Source: Chiloscyllium plagiosum
Taxonomy: Eukaryota
DNA: 64,000 nucleotides
NCBI RefSeq assembly: GCF_004010195.1
Contig: NC_057720.1
Location: 6,179,016-6,243,015, forward strand
Direction: 5' to 3'
In this document: in pieces, positions 63,090 to 64,000 of the stretch
How the letters are laid out: each line of letters begins with the position of its first letter
How positions within the stretch are numbered: position 1 is the first letter of the stretch
The notes under the pieces: model-generated
Told to the model about the DNA's origin: nothing
The model's input: the letters and a program-made list of their open reading frames with translations, nothing else
Databases searched by the model: none
Program-made: the position numbers and the translations under genes

Positions 63090-63790
63090 AGTCATAGAGT
63101 TATCTGGTATGGAAACAAACCCTTCAGTTCAACCTGTCCATGTCGACCAGACATCCCAAAATTACCTAGTCCCATTTGCCAGCATTTGGCCCATATCCCT
63201 CTAAACATTTCTTCTTCACATACTCATCTATATGCCTTCTAAATGTTGTAACTGTAGCAACCATACGTGGGCAACATGGTGGCTCAGTGGTTAGCACCAC
63301 TGCCTCACAGTGCCCGGGGCCCAGGCTCGATTCCGACCTCAAGCAGAGATTGCACATTCTCCCTGTGGCTGTGCGGGTTTCCTCCCACAATCCAAAGACC
63401 TGCAGGTCAGGTGAGTTGGCCGTATTAAATTGCCCATAGTGTTATGTGCATTAGTCAGGCTTAAATATAGGGTAGGGGAATGGATCTGGGTGGGTTACTC
63501 TTCGGAGAGTTGGTGTGGACTTGTTGGGCCAAGTGGCCCATTTCCACGCTGTAGGGAATTCCATCACCTCCTCTGGCAGCTCATTCCATACATGCACCAC
63601 CCTCCACATGAAGAAGTTAACTGCCAAGTCATTTTTAAGCCATTCACCTTAAACCTAAGGCATTGACATTTGGACTGGCCTACCCGAGGAAAAGGATCCC
63701 ACCTATTCATCATATCCATGCCCCTCATGATTTTAGGAAACTCTATAAGGTCACCGTTCAGCCTCTGATTCTCCAGGGAAAAAAGCCCTA
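63090..63790 (-). mobile_element. CR1/HER1-type 3' fragment with nested HE1 (63268-63560, +)
   Basis: 3' UTR and ORF2 end split by the SINE. Confidence 0.85.
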
Positions 63791-63791
63791 G

Positions 63792-64000
63792 CTGAGAAAC
63801 AGGAAAGGAGAGGTCACCCTGTTGGGAGTTTTCTATAGGCCTCCAAATAGTTTAAGAGATATAGAGGAAAAGATAGCAAAGATAATTATAGATAAGAGCA
63901 AGAATAACAGGGTAGTTGTTATGGGGGCCTTTAACTTTCCAAATATTGACTGGAAATACAATAGTTCAAGTATTTTAGATGGGTCAGTTTTTGTTCAATG
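63792..64000 (+). mobile_element. CR1-clade LINE APE endonuclease domain (continues past the window)
   Basis: LLGVFYRPPNS..VVVMGAFNFPNIDW. Confidence 0.88.

Overview
This is non-coding, repeat-saturated vertebrate DNA with the repeat content of a shark. HE1-type V-SINEs, CR1/HER1-type LINEs and DeuSINE/SacSINE1-like SINEs point to an elasmobranch; this assignment is an inference. No intact host protein-coding gene is recognisable, and essentially every ORF in the track is a decayed retroelement, a SINE or a tandem repeat. The window holds many nested CR1 fragments, about a dozen HE1 SINEs, other tRNA-derived SINEs, Penelope-like elements (PLEs), LTR relics, one Tigger-like MITE, two ~1.5-2.1 kb minisatellites and TG-rich microsatellites. 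Four observations stand out. (1) A dense population of short PLE-derived elements carries minimal hammerhead-ribozyme (HHR) cores in four sequence families with covarying stems; these include a 129-bp HHR-headed unit with an 11-bp target-site duplication (TSD) and palindromic units with an HHR on each strand. (2) A Tx1-clade LINE appears to target a fixed site in a Gypsy LTR and carries a 3'-transduced LTR segment. (3) Two minisatellites appear to have been seeded from a DeuSINE and from a CR1 ORF2. (4) Several insertions were templated from neighbouring DNA. Boundaries of old elements were set by eye and are approximate.
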